A stretch of 64,000 bases of DNA from an uncultured Acidobacteriota bacterium (GTDB lineage Bacteria > Acidobacteriota > UBA6911). The notes under the pieces were generated by a model. It searched no databases and was not told the origin of the DNA. It worked only from the letters and a program-made list of their open reading frames with translations. Position numbers and translations under genes: made by a program. Of this stretch, positions 43,635 through 54,477 are shown in pieces. How positions within the stretch are numbered: the stretch's first letter is position 1; each line of letters begins with the position of its first letter. Where the stretch lies: NCBI GenBank assembly GCA_963827655.1, contig CAWHCF010000010.1:234542-298541 (forward strand). Direction: 5' to 3'.

Positions 43635-44710
43635 TTGGAAATCAAGGTCGGGCTTTCCATCTCGCTGACAGGCCGCTTTTCGTTCCAGGGACGACAGGCC
43701 TTCAATGGAATTCAGCTCTGGCAATCCTTCATTAACTCGCGGTGGAATCACGGTCCGCCTCTGCATCGAGGGCAGGTCCGCCTGATCTATTACGATGATC
43801 AGAGCCGCTCGAGCTGCGCCCGGCAGAACGCCCTCAAATTACTCCGGCACGACCGCGTCGACATACTCCTGGGGCCTTATGCCAGCAATTTGACAATGGT
43901 AGTGGCGGAGGTCGCGGAGCAATACCAGAAGGTCCTATGGAACCACGGTGGCTGCTCTGATGAAATCTTCAACCGGAGTTATAAGTGGCTGATCGGAACT
44001 GGAAGTCCTGCAAGCCAGTACCTCCGCGCTTTTCACGGCATCTGGCGGTGAACCTGCCGGGGCTGCAGCGGATCTGTATCTTGCAGTCGGCCGAGGGACT
44101 TTGCCTCACACGTGGTGCGAGGACTGATTGAAAGCGACCGGACGCCTCGAAGGTCCTTCCGCTGCCCAGTGGGGTTTAAGGCGCCTATCCCGTCGTTCAG
44201 CTGATCTCCATCGCCGCGGACGTATCTGATCCTGGCCGGGAAGCTTTCAAGATGAGATCGCACTTATGCGACCGAGGCATGTGGCCCGACACGATACGGA
44301 GCGTGGTGGCAGTGGCGGCCGGGGTGCAGGCCTTTTACCAGGAGATTGATGAATGCGCTGAGGGAGTCATTGGCCCCAGCCAGTGGGAGCCGGAAGTCCA
44401 CTTCGAAGACACTCGGGGGCCGGATTAAGACTGGTGTGTCCGGAGGTTCGAGGAGCGATTTGGGATCGACCGGAGTACATGGCTGCAGGGGGGTTCGCCT
44501 GGGCCTGGTTCTTGCTGAATGCATCGGGCGACAGCGGTAGAGGACGAGCAATTGCGCGCGGCTGCCTCCGAGCTCGATTTCAACACGTTCTACGGAAGAT
44601 TTCGCATCGATCCCGTAACTGGATGTCAGATTGGACACCGGATTCTGCTCGTGCAATGGCAACAGGGGCGAAAGGTGGTGCTGCCCGAGGTTGTGCAGAG
44701 CAGAGGCTGA
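43635..44710 (+). pseudogene. Branched-chain amino acid ABC substrate-binding protein, multiply frameshifted
   Basis: IKVGLSISLTGRF, YDDQS, LLGPYAS, TFYGRFRID, LVQWQ; no permease genes adjacent. Confidence 0.65.
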
Positions 44711-45064
44711 CGCATGATGCGGCCTCGTGGAAACGGACTCTCAGTTACCTCGCGATGGACCCTGTCGTTTAACCGCGGGGCGGCGAAGCTGCCTCCTGCA
44801 GAATGACGCTACCTGATTTGGAGAGGGTTACCCGGCGTTCTCCAACAACTTAGTTTTCGCCTGGATGAAAATGAAACGCCCTTCTCTGCGGGGAGTCGTT
44901 CTTCTTCACGCCGGGAAGCCTCCGCGGTTGAGATCCACCAGGGCATTGATGGAGGCGCTCCGAACGAAGATCAAGCGGGCCAGGCGTAACGGAGTCGCTG
45001 ACGATCTTTCGACCATTGTCTTGCGCGTCGGAAAGCAAGCGGAGCTGACCAGGGAAGAAGTGGC

Positions 45065-45475
45065 ATGAGGCGGTATTCAAGACTTGCGCTTTTCGGCCTG
45101 CTCGCCTGGTGCGCTTTCTTCTGGCTTTATCCTAGGGTCAACCCGGTGGCTCGATTCGGGTTTTCGATTCGACCGCAGGCATCGTTAAAATCCACCGGCC
45201 CGCCTCTCGGGCTGATTCCCCGAATCCCCTTCCAGGGAGCGGAAGTCGAGCTGCGCGCGGGCGATCTCCTGGCATTGCATTCAGACGGCATCGTGGAGGC
45301 GCAGAACCCCAGCGAAGTGCAATTCGGGGATGAGAGATTTATTGCGGCGCCGAAGGAACTCGCCCACCGGCCCGCTGCGGAGATGGTCGCGGAAGTGTTC
45401 GAGCGCATAGACCGTTTTGTCGACGGCGCGCCGCAACACGACGACATCACGCTGATGCTGATCAAAGCCGTGTAG
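45065..45475 (+). pseudogene. SpoIIE/PP2C phosphatase remnant (N-terminal TM joined to C-terminal third)
   Basis: TGPPLGL, GDLLALHSDGIVEA, FGDERF and QHDDITL present; N-terminal GGD/DVSG motifs absent. Confidence 0.65.
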
Positions 45476-45574
45476 CAGAAAAGACGCGTCGCGAAAAAAT
45501 ACCACTAAGCCCCAAAGACACGAAGAAACACCAAGAATCATTGCCAAAAAAGCGGAAAAGCGCCGCGGACTCGA

Positions 45575-46508
45575 TCACTTCTTGCGTGCCTTCGTCCGCG
45601 TGGTGACGTAGAGGTCAAAGCCGCCGGACCCTCCCTCGCGATTCGACGTGAAAAACAGAGACTCGCGATCCGCAGCGATGTTCGGCATCAAATCCTCGGC
45701 CGTGCTGTTCACCGTCAGGCCCAGAGTGGTGGGAGTGGACCAGGCCTGTGCCGGAGTCTCGCGGGTCGACACCCAGAGGTCCGAGCCAAGGGAGCCGACA
45801 CGGTCCGAATCAAAAAACACCTCGAGACCGTCGAACCGGACCGATGGCCGTCGATCGTTCGCTTCGCTACTCAGTTCCGGAACCAAAGTGGCGGGGCCAA
45901 GCGAGCCAGGTGCCGTCGCGGCAACGACGTAAATATCGAAATTTCCGAGTCCCCCGGGCCGGGTGCTGACGAAGAACAGCAGTGGGCGGCCACCCTCATC
46001 GTTCTCGAAAAAGCCGGCGCCTGCGTCGATGGACTCGGAGTTCACGCCTGGGCCGAGGTTGACGGGAGCCTCCCGATGCGAAGTCGTCGTGCTTGTGGGC
46101 GCGGTACGAAACCCAGAGGTCCAGTTGACCGAACCCACCTTCACGATTGCTGTTGAAGAACAGCCAATGTTCGTCACGTGACAAGGAAGGGACGGCATCG
46201 AGCGCGCCACTGTTCACGACCGGCCCGAGATTCCGTGGAGTGCCCCACGGCGCGTCGACGCTGGCGCGCTGCGACACCCAGAGGTCCTGGCCGCCAAACC
46301 CGCCAGGTCGATCCGAGTTGAAGTAGAGGCTCAAGCCATCTTTGGATATGGCAGGGCCGATCTCTCCCGATGAGGAGTTGATGGTCGCGCCGAGATTCAC
46401 CGGTGTGGACCATGGGGAGAACGTCGCGGTCGCACCGGGATCCGCCGCTATCAATGTGATGAGGGTGAATCCGACTGCTGCGCATGTGATGCGGGTGCTA
46501 TGAGTCAT
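45575..46508 (-). CDS. Secreted PD40/WD40-like beta-propeller repeat protein (frameshift near 46075)
   Basis: Repeats PVNLG..NS...P.IS.DG..LYF.S.RPGG.G..DLWVS. Confidence 0.8.
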
Positions 46509-46657
46509 GGCGATCCTCCTTGTCGGGGCTCGGGCCCCATCGGAAATGTGAACCGTGGTGACTGGAAGTGTCGATGTCATCCTCGAAACCCTTGTATCGT
46601 GCCGAGTCGCGCTTGTGACTGGCGCGCATGGGAAATCCATTCACGCAACCGCCTCCT

Positions 46658-47976
46658 TCACTTCTTACGATCGTCGTCATCATCGTCGTCATCATCATCA
46701 TCATCGTCATCATCGAGAGGCAGCAGAAAGTGCTTGAAGGCCCACTCGGCCACGCGCCTGCCCTGCCTCCGCGCCCCAGTGTCCGCGAAGCGGAAGTGGA
46801 TGCCCTGGTAGATGCGGGCGACGACCACATCCTCGGCCGCGTCCGAGAAGCGGCGATACGTGCGTGTCTTCTGTACGGCCAGCGGGTTGAGGCTCGTCAC
46901 TGAAAAGGTCATTCTGTCCGTCCCGAAGAAGAGCTCGAGCATACGGGTCATGGCGCCGGTAACACTGTTGGCGCCCGAGGTGTAGTCAGGATAGTTCGGC
47001 GTGTTGATCAGCGGCTGCCAGGTCGGATCGCCGGCTGTGCGCGGGTTGCCGTCGTTATCCCCCTCCTGAATGGCCGTGAGGGGCGCCAGAATACGTAATG
47101 CCTCTTGGTGTCCCAAGCCGTGATTGCGGCATCGCGCATTGCCAGGTTGGCCAAGGCAAAGAGCCGGGCACTGTCGCCAATGCTGTGGACATGCGCATTG
47201 GCGAGGGCCCGGAGGGCTCGATTCCAGAGAGCAAGGTAGTTATCGGCCCAGAAATAGGCGAGGTCGGTCTGCTCCGGGTGCGGGCGCTGTTGACGAAGCC
47301 GCCCAAGCGCCTTGACCTCGTTATAGTCCTCGGTGTAGCGGGCGCTGGTCAAAGCCGGCGGCGGCTGGGCGCGGAACTGTGTGGGGCCGGTGAGGGTGAA
47401 GGGTCTGACGTTGGCCAGCCACGGCACCGCCATGGGCGCAAGCTGCGGAGGCGGCCCTGGAGGAGGATGTGTCGGGCGCCAGACGCCGGGGTCGGTGCCG
47501 CCGATGAAGGGCGGCGGGGCGGGCGGGAAGCTCCCGTCATTGGCCCGCAGGGCGATGATACCGGCAGCGGCCTTCTGGCCGACTGCCACCCCGGGGTCGT
47601 CCTCCCCCAGGCGATTGTTGGCCAGGTAGCTGTGGTAGGTCGTGGCGAGGGACGCGGCTTGCGCAGGGAAGCGATTTACAAGCACATCGTGCGCGGCCTT
47701 GGCGGCCGCCGCCGCCGGAGAGCCGGAGGCTCTCGGGATCTCCACGTGATACGGCTCGAACCGCCTGTCGATGGCCTGGACGGCGTCGTACACGGCGGCG
47801 TGGACCATGGCTAAGTCGAGTCCGGTGACCAGGCCCGGACGTCCGGCGTTGATGGCCGTCGTGATCGCTTGCAAGGCGATGTCATTCCAATCGACCACGG
47901 CGTCGGCGCGCACGGGACGTGCCCAGATCAGACACGCAAACACGATCAGGCTTGCAAGCCTTCGTAGTTTTGTCAT
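46658..47976 (-). CDS. Vanadium-dependent haloperoxidase / PAP2-superfamily protein with poly-Asp tail (frameshifts near 47295 and 47080)
   Basis: DAVVDWN, KRHYVFWRP, PNYPDYTSGA, ARIYQGIHFR; 15 Asp codons at 46670-46714. Confidence 0.8.
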
Positions 47977-48277
47977 TGCAGTTCTCCTTTCTTGATTGTC
48001 TGGTTCGGTCTCCTTGAGTGAATCTGAGTTTTTCCCGAGGTCAGCAACTTGGATTCCAGTGGCCAGGGTCTAAGGGATATGGACTCCTGGCCCAAGCCCT
48101 CCCAACGGAACTGGGTGCCAGGACGGTATTTTCTCAATATTGCTTCGAGCGAGGTTGTCGGGCTAGGATAGATCGATTTTTCCCCCTCTAAAAGTCGAGC
48201 CAAACAATAAGCTGCGAATAGGTGTCGAAGTCTTGAGAAAACTCTCAGGAATTTGTTAGGAAATCCTTAGTAGCGTT

Positions 48278-50245
48278 ATGAATAAGACAGGAAAGATCTT
48301 GTACGAGTTCGGTCCATTTCGCATCGATCCGGCTGAGCAGGTGCTGCGCAGGAATGGAGCAATCGTGCCCCTGGCGCCGAAAGTCTTTGACACGTTGCTG
48401 ATGCTGGTGGAAAACAGCAGTCAGGTCGTCCCGAAACAAGACATCATCAAGCGAGTTTGGCCCGAGACTTTCGTGGAGGAGGGGAACCTTGCGCTGAACA
48501 TCTCCACCCTGAGGAAGGTAATGGGCGAGAGTTCGAAGGAGCGTCGGTTTATTGAGACCATCCCAAAGCGCGGCTACCGTTTTGTGGGTGAGGTTCGGAT
48601 AGTGCCAGGTTCAGGCCCGGGAGAGCGCCTCATGCAGACCGCGACCTCCACCGCAGAAGCGGTCCACTCTAGCGTGACACCGGACGAGGGGGTAGAGGAT
48701 AGTCTTTTCCAAGGGGTTCAGGCCGCCAGCTCGCTAAGACAAAAGCGGAGACTTCCAGGGTTCGTTTCAAGCCATGCGGGTCGGTGGTTTGCGGCAGGAT
48801 TGTTGGCTCTGGCAGTTTGGGCTGCAAGCGGTTATTGGTGGCAACTTACCAGACAAAAGGAAGCCAGGGCGGGCACCAGTTTTCGTACTTTGGCAGTACT
48901 CCCTTTTCAGTCGCTTTCGCCGAAAGACGATGAAGAGTATCTCGGCCTGGGGCTGGCTGACGACTTGATCACTAAATTCAGCCGGTTCCGGCAGATTGTG
49001 GTTCGTCCCACCAGCGCCATTCGGAAGTATGCCACTGAAAATCGGGATCCCATCCTGGCCGGCCGGGAGCTAAGTGCCGACGCCGTCCTGGATGGCTCTA
49101 TCCAAAGAGTGCAGGACCGAATCCGGGTCACCGTGCGGCTGCTCAATGTCCACACGGGGTCTCCCTTGTGGGCTGGCCAGTTTGATGAAACGCTTGCCCA
49201 CGTTCTCGAGCTCCAGGATTCGCTGTCAAAACGTATCGCCGAGAGCCTGGAGCTGCGTCTCGCGGGCGAAGCTCTCCGCCAGCGGAATCGAAGCTCCATC
49301 CGAGACCTGGAAGCGTTTCATCTTTACCACCAAGGCAGGTTCTTCTGGTACAAGTCAACCAAGGAGAGCTGCGAAAAAGCACGGACGCTCTTCGAGCAAG
49401 CCATCAGCGAGGATCCAAACTACGCCGTGGCCTATACGGGACTGGCCGACTGTTACATCCATCAGGGCTGTGGACCCTGGCCTCGCCATGAGCGCATCCG
49501 ACAAGCCCGGCATTGGACTCTGGAGGCATTGAAGCTGGATGATGGGTTGGCCGAAGCGCATGCCACACTGGCTACCATTCTTTTCTTTTACGACTGGAAT
49601 CGCCTGGAAGCGGAGCGGGAGTTTCGGAGAGCGATTGATCTGAACCCCGGCTACGCAACGGCGCGCCGCTGGTATAGTCATGCTCTGGCGGCCATGGGCC
49701 GTCGCGAGGAGGCCTTAGCCCAGGCCGAACTTGCCGTGGAGTTCGAGCCCGCTTCGGTAGCTTCCACTGCCACCCTGGGGGCCGTCCTCTATTACTTGAG
49801 GGAGTTTGACAAGGCGATTACCCAGTTTGAGTCAAGTCTGAGAATGGAACCTGATTTCGGGAGGGTCCATCCGTTCCTCGGCCTGGCGTACCTGGAAGCT
49901 GGGAGATACAAAGAGGCGATGGAAGCATTCCACAAAGGGCTCGATCATGGTGCGGGCCTCGTCTGGTTGGGCTACGGCATGGCGCGGACAGGCCAGCGGA
50001 GAGAAGCGCTGAAGATCCTGAGAACGGTCCAGGAACAGGTGGCCCGTGGAGAGGCCCCAGCCAATCACCTGACCTCCCTTCACGTCGGGCTGGGAGAAAT
50101 CGACTTGGCATTTCGGTTCCTGGAAAAAGAGTTTGAAGACCGGTCGGCGGGGATGATGTACCTGAAGACCGACCCTTTCTTCGACCCGCTCCGGCGAGAC
50201 CCACGCTTTTTACGGCTGTCGCGCCGCGTGGGACTGGAACCATAA
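48278..50245 (+). CDS. CadC-like wHTH - TM - TolB-like/FlgO - TPR regulator
   Basis: YEFGPFRID, LAPKVFDTL, IETIPKRGYRF, LAVLPF, TPR repeats, DPLRRDPRF. Confidence 0.9.
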   Translation: MNKTGKILYEFGPFRIDPAEQVLRRNGAIVPLAPKVFDTLLMLVENSSQVVPKQDIIKRVWPETFVEEGNLALNISTLRKVMGESSKERRFIETIPKRGYRFVGEVRIVPGSGPGERLMQTATSTAEAVHSSVTPDEGVEDSLFQGVQAASSLRQKRRLPGFVSSHAGRWFAAGLLALAVWAASGYWWQLTRQKEARAGTSFRTLAVLPFQSLSPKDDEEYLGLGLADDLITKFSRFRQIVVRPTSAIRKYATENRDPILAGRELSADAVLDGSIQRVQDRIRVTVRLLNVHTGSPLWAGQFDETLAHVLELQDSLSKRIAESLELRLAGEALRQRNRSSIRDLEAFHLYHQGRFFWYKSTKESCEKARTLFEQAISEDPNYAVAYTGLADCYIHQGCGPWPRHERIRQARHWTLEALKLDDGLAEAHATLATILFFYDWNRLEAEREFRRAIDLNPGYATARRWYSHALAAMGRREEALAQAELAVEFEPASVASTATLGAVLYYLREFDKAITQFESSLRMEPDFGRVHPFLGLAYLEAGRYKEAMEAFHKGLDHGAGLVWLGYGMARTGQRREALKILRTVQEQVARGEAPANHLTSLHVGLGEIDLAFRFLEKEFEDRSAGMMYLKTDPFFDPLRRDPRFLRLSRRVGLEP

Positions 50246-50312
50246 ACCAATGCGAAGCCGTCCTTGGACCCGCCGACCCGAACGCGTCCGCCACCACAAC
50301 GGAGGAATATCG

Positions 50313-51174
50313 ATGAAGGCCACACTCGCACTCGTGCCGGTGCTTGCGCTTGGCGCGGCGGCGCCCTCTGGCTCAACAGAAGGCTCCCGCCCTCGGAAGT
50401 CAGATTTTCGAGGCGTACCGCGTCATCGGCAACATCTATTACGTGGGCGCGACGGATGTCTCCTCGCACGTCATTGCCACGCCCGCGGGTTTGATCCTGC
50501 TCGATACCGGGACCACCCAGATGCTGCCGATGATTCGCGCCAATGTCGAGAAGCTGGGATTCCGGATGCAGGACATCAAGATCATCCTGTCCAGCCACGC
50601 CCATTGGGATCACGTGGAGGGCCATGCCGCAATGCAAGCGCTCACCGGCGCACAGGTGATGGCGGTCGGTGAAGATGCCGCCGCCATCGCCAGCGGCGTC
50701 GACAGTTCCGCCATAGCGGCCCGAGGGTGGAAGCCGGTCAAGGTGGATCGGGTGTTGAAGGATGGGGAGACGGTGACCCTCGGGAACGTCACGATGCGGG
50801 CACACCTGACGCCCGGTCACACAAAGGGGTGCACGACCTGGACGATGACGGTGCAGGACGGTGGAAAGTCCTACCTGGTGGTGTTCGTCGGTGGCATCAG
50901 CATCAATGAGGGAGTGAAACTTGTTGGGAACACCCGTCATCCGAGCATCATCGAAGACTACGCGCGGACGTTTCGGGTCTTGAAAGAGCTGAAAGCCGAT
51001 GTTTTTCTCGCGCAACACCCAGCGATATACGGCATGGCGGAAAAAGTGCAGCGTCTGAAGGCGAACGCTTCGCCGAATCCCTTCATCGACCCCCAGGGCT
51101 ACCAGCGCGCCGTCAGTGACGCAGAAAGCCGGTATTTAAAGCAACTCGCCGAGGAGCGGGCCTCGTCTCGCTGA
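50313..51174 (+). CDS. Subclass B3 metallo-beta-lactamase-like protein (frameshift after signal peptide)
   Basis: GNIYYVG, LLDTG, SHAHWDH, TPGHTKG, LAQH; GGAGG RBS at 50301. Confidence 0.85.
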
Positions 51175-51236
51175 CCGGAGTCCGGGCAAGGCCAAGCAAG
51201 CTTCGCCAAACCAAGTCGGTAGCAAGCTTTGAATCG

Positions 51237-52145
51237 CTACCATACGCTGCTTCTCGTCCCGCCGGGCATCCGGGGCGGAGTACCCCAGCCGCGCCACCAC
51301 AGCTCGGTCCAGGCGTCTTTGAACCGGGCGCCGGTATCGAAATCCGCCCAGCGCTTGTCATTCCGAGCCTTCCAGGCAGCCAGAATGCCTGCGTATGTTT
51401 GCAGTTTGCTCGAGTCGTTGGTTTGACGGGCAGCCGTTTCAACGGCCCGCTTCAAGTCTCCGGCGTTGGAGTAAGCGACCGCGATTGCTTCCAAAGGCTC
51501 GGAGCGATGGGCGTCTTCGATTTCGGTCATTCGCTGGAGAGCTTCGTCCGGCTTTCCTGCGCGAGCGAGTGCCGCCGCTGCCGCGGCGTGAAACTCTCCA
51601 AATGCTGATGCTACTTTCAAGGCTCGATCGGGCCGGCCCGCCTGGATCCAGGCATCCGCTAAGGCGAGGAATTGGTCGGGTAGATACGATGATTCCACTT
51701 TGAGGTTAGGTATTCCATCGACTCGCAGGGGGAGCTCGGTGAACTTCGTCTCGCGCAGCACCTCCTGGAAAAACGCGACGGCTTCCGGCGATTCAGCGTT
51801 GCTCTCGGGCAGCTCTTTGGAAGGGAAACGGCTGCGGTAGAGCGCCTCCGTCTGGACCAGAAAGTCCATCAGGCCGGATTTCTCTTTGAGAGCCGCGGCG
51901 TAGCTGGAGTTGCCAGGATCGCCGAAGCTCTCCCGGAAATCTTTGAAAAAGTAACGGTGCAGACCGGGCGCCTCCAGGTCCCAATCAATCATCAGGACGC
52001 GCCTACCGCGGTGAGCGGTATCAGTGGCCAGAATATAGGCCACGTTGGCCAAAGCCATCGACCGGCCCGTGCCGCCTTTGTAGGAGTAGAATGTGATGAT
52101 TTCGCCGATGGCGCGTTCCGCGCCACGGGCGATGGGGCTTGTCAT
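51237..52145 (-). CDS. MinD/ParA-like (KGGxGR variant) ATPase N-terminus joined to TPR-like C-terminus; probably internally deleted
   Basis: ITFYSYKGGTGRSMALANVA, VLMIDWDLEAPGLHRYF; later ATPase motifs missing. Confidence 0.7.
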   Translation of the reverse strand: MTSPIARGAERAIGEIITFYSYKGGTGRSMALANVAYILATDTAHRGRRVLMIDWDLEAPGLHRYFFKDFRESFGDPGNSSYAAALKEKSGLMDFLVQTEALYRSRFPSKELPESNAESPEAVAFFQEVLRETKFTELPLRVDGIPNLKVESSYLPDQFLALADAWIQAGRPDRALKVASAFGEFHAAAAAALARAGKPDEALQRMTEIEDAHRSEPLEAIAVAYSNAGDLKRAVETAARQTNDSSKLQTYAGILAAWKARNDKRWADFDTGARFKDAWTELWWRGWGTPPRMPGGTRSSVW

Positions 52146-52152
52146 CAGAGGA

Positions 52153-52743
52153 TCACATGGACAACAAGGGGCTTGGAACTGTGAACGAAGGCGGAGTCCG
52201 TATCTTTTCGATGCCAACATTCAGTTGAAACATGGCGCAGTCCTCGCAGGGGTCGGTGACATCATTGACAAACTTCTCGATCGATTCGGCGATTTTGCGG
52301 ATCTTCGTGGAATTTCTCACGCTCAAGAGCTGAGAGTTCGGTACGTCCACGCGGAGGTCGACGGGCTTTCTTTTGAAGTAATCCTCCCACTGCTTGACAT
52401 CTCCTCGACTCACGACCGGAATGATCAGCCCCTTCTTATTCGGCCCGAGACGCTTCGATTCCCATAGCTCCATGGCTTTCCATTCGGCGTCGCACCAGCT
52501 GCTATCGGGATACTCGGGAGTCAAGACGGCGACCATGCAGACACTTTTGCACAGCTTTCGCGAAAGTTCCGTCGGGTATGAGCTTCCGATATCTGCATCC
52601 TCGTCGATGAACGTACGGATCTCGGTCGGCAGATAGTACTCCAGGCGGCTTTTGAGCATGCGGACGAACTCCCGATAGAAATGGGCGTCAGGAGCGTTTC
52701 TCGGAGGATGCTTGTAGCTGATGAAGCAGGCATGTTCGAACAT
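52153..52743 (-). CDS. Stand-alone TIR domain protein
   Basis: CFISYKH, FIDED, LTPEY..SSWCDAEW (catalytic Glu), IIPV. Confidence 0.85.
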   Translation of the reverse strand: MFEHACFISYKHPPRNAPDAHFYREFVRMLKSRLEYYLPTEIRTFIDEDADIGSSYPTELSRKLCKSVCMVAVLTPEYPDSSWCDAEWKAMELWESKRLGPNKKGLIIPVVSRGDVKQWEDYFKRKPVDLRVDVPNSQLLSVRNSTKIRKIAESIEKFVNDVTDPCEDCAMFQLNVGIEKIRTPPSFTVPSPLLSM

Positions 52744-52945
52744 GACTAACGCGCGGCGATTACCGGACGTGCTCGCAATCTGATCATGATGAAATGAGCC
52801 CATTCTAGAGTCCCCTCGGCATTCCGTCAATAAGCAGCTTTCGTTGCGCAGCGAAGGACACGAGGCCCGCCAATGCTCGCATTCCCGGTGCCGCGGATAG
52901 GTTACAGGTGGACGCTAGCTCGCGTGAAGTGACATACTAGGGCCC

Positions 52946-54371
52946 ATGCGACGCTCGATACTCATTCTTCTTCTCGCGGCGCCCCTGATTGTGGGCTGCC
53001 AGACCCGATATGACCTGGTCATCCAGAACGGCCGTGTGATCGATCCTGAATCCGGGCTTGACGGGGTTCGCAGCATCGGCGTCACGGGCACAAGGATCGC
53101 TGCCGTCAGCGAGGGAAGCCTCGCGGGCAAGCGAGTGCTCGACGCTGCCGGTCACGTGGTCGCTCCCGGTTTCATCGATCTGCACCAGCACGGGCAGGCC
53201 CCCGAAAACTACGCGGCCCACGCGCGCGACGGAATCACCACTTCGCTCGAGCTTGAAATCGGCGTGGAGAACATCGACGCCTGGTACGCCGAGCGGGCCG
53301 GCGGCCAGATCGTTAACTATGGCGCGAGCATCAGCCATCCCTATTCCCGGCAGATCGCCATGACCGGCAGCAATCCCGGCCTGTCAGGGCGAAGCGCTGG
53401 CGCGGCCGGCTACCGCGGAAGAGATCCAAAGAACCGCCCAACTGATCGCCAAGGGACTCGATCAGGGCGCCGTCGCAGTCGGTTTCGGCGTTGCATACAG
53501 CCCGGGCGCCACTAAAGAAGAACTCATCGAGATGTTCAAAGTGGCGGCAGCGCACAACGCGAGCGGCCATGTTCACATGCGCACTACCCCCAACGACTTC
53601 AGCAATATCGAGGAGGTGCTCGAAGCCTCGAAGAAAACCGGAGCGCCGCTGCACGTGGTCCACCTCAACAGCAGCGGCGGCGAGCGCGCCGGACGCTATC
53701 TCGAAATCATCGCGCAGGCTCAGAAGGACGGCATTGACGTCACGACCGAGTGTTACCCCTATAACCGCGGCTCGACGCTTATTCAGTCGCACCCATACAA
53801 CAATTGGGAAACATTCAACGATGACCATTTTCAGAACTTTATCTGGGTCGAAACCGGCGAGACGCTGACGCGCGCGAGCTTCGCGCGCTACCGCCAGACG
53901 GGTGGCACGATCATCTCGCCGCCGAGCTACTCGATGGAAACGGTCAAGATGCTGATCGCGAGCCCGCTGACGATGATTGCAAGCGATGGCATGTGGCTCG
54001 TCAACGGTCGCGCCCACCCGCGATCGTTCGGCACTTATTCACGCGTACTCGGCCATTACGTACGGGAAGAAAAGGCGCTCTCCTTGACCGACGCCCTCGC
54101 CAAAATGACGATCCGGCCGGCGAAGCGGCTCGAGCGCCGGGTCCCGATGATGCAAAACAAGGGCCGCATAAGAGCTGGTGCCGACGCCGACATCGTCGTC
54201 TTCAATCCCGACACAATCATCGATCGCGGTACGTACGAAAACCCGGTCCAGGCGCCCGATGGAATCAAGTATGTACTGGTAAACGGCGCAGTCGCCCTCG
54301 ATGACAGCAAGCTCGTCGATGGCGTCAAGGCGGGGACTGCGGTGCGAGCGCCGAATCGCCCGGCGCGCTGA
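52946..54371 (+). CDS. Amidohydrolase, N-acyl-D-amino-acid deacylase-like lipoprotein (frameshift near 53390)
   Basis: IVGC lipobox, APGFIDLHQH, IASDG, HPRSFGTYSRVLG, GADADIVVF. Confidence 0.85.
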
Positions 54372-54477
54372 AGCGTATTCCCACCATGGCCCGGCGCCGG
54401 CGAATCGATCTCAATTCAGGCGCTCCGGCACGATTTAAAAGCGAACTCTCAGGCAGCGCATTGCGTATAGGCTCTTC

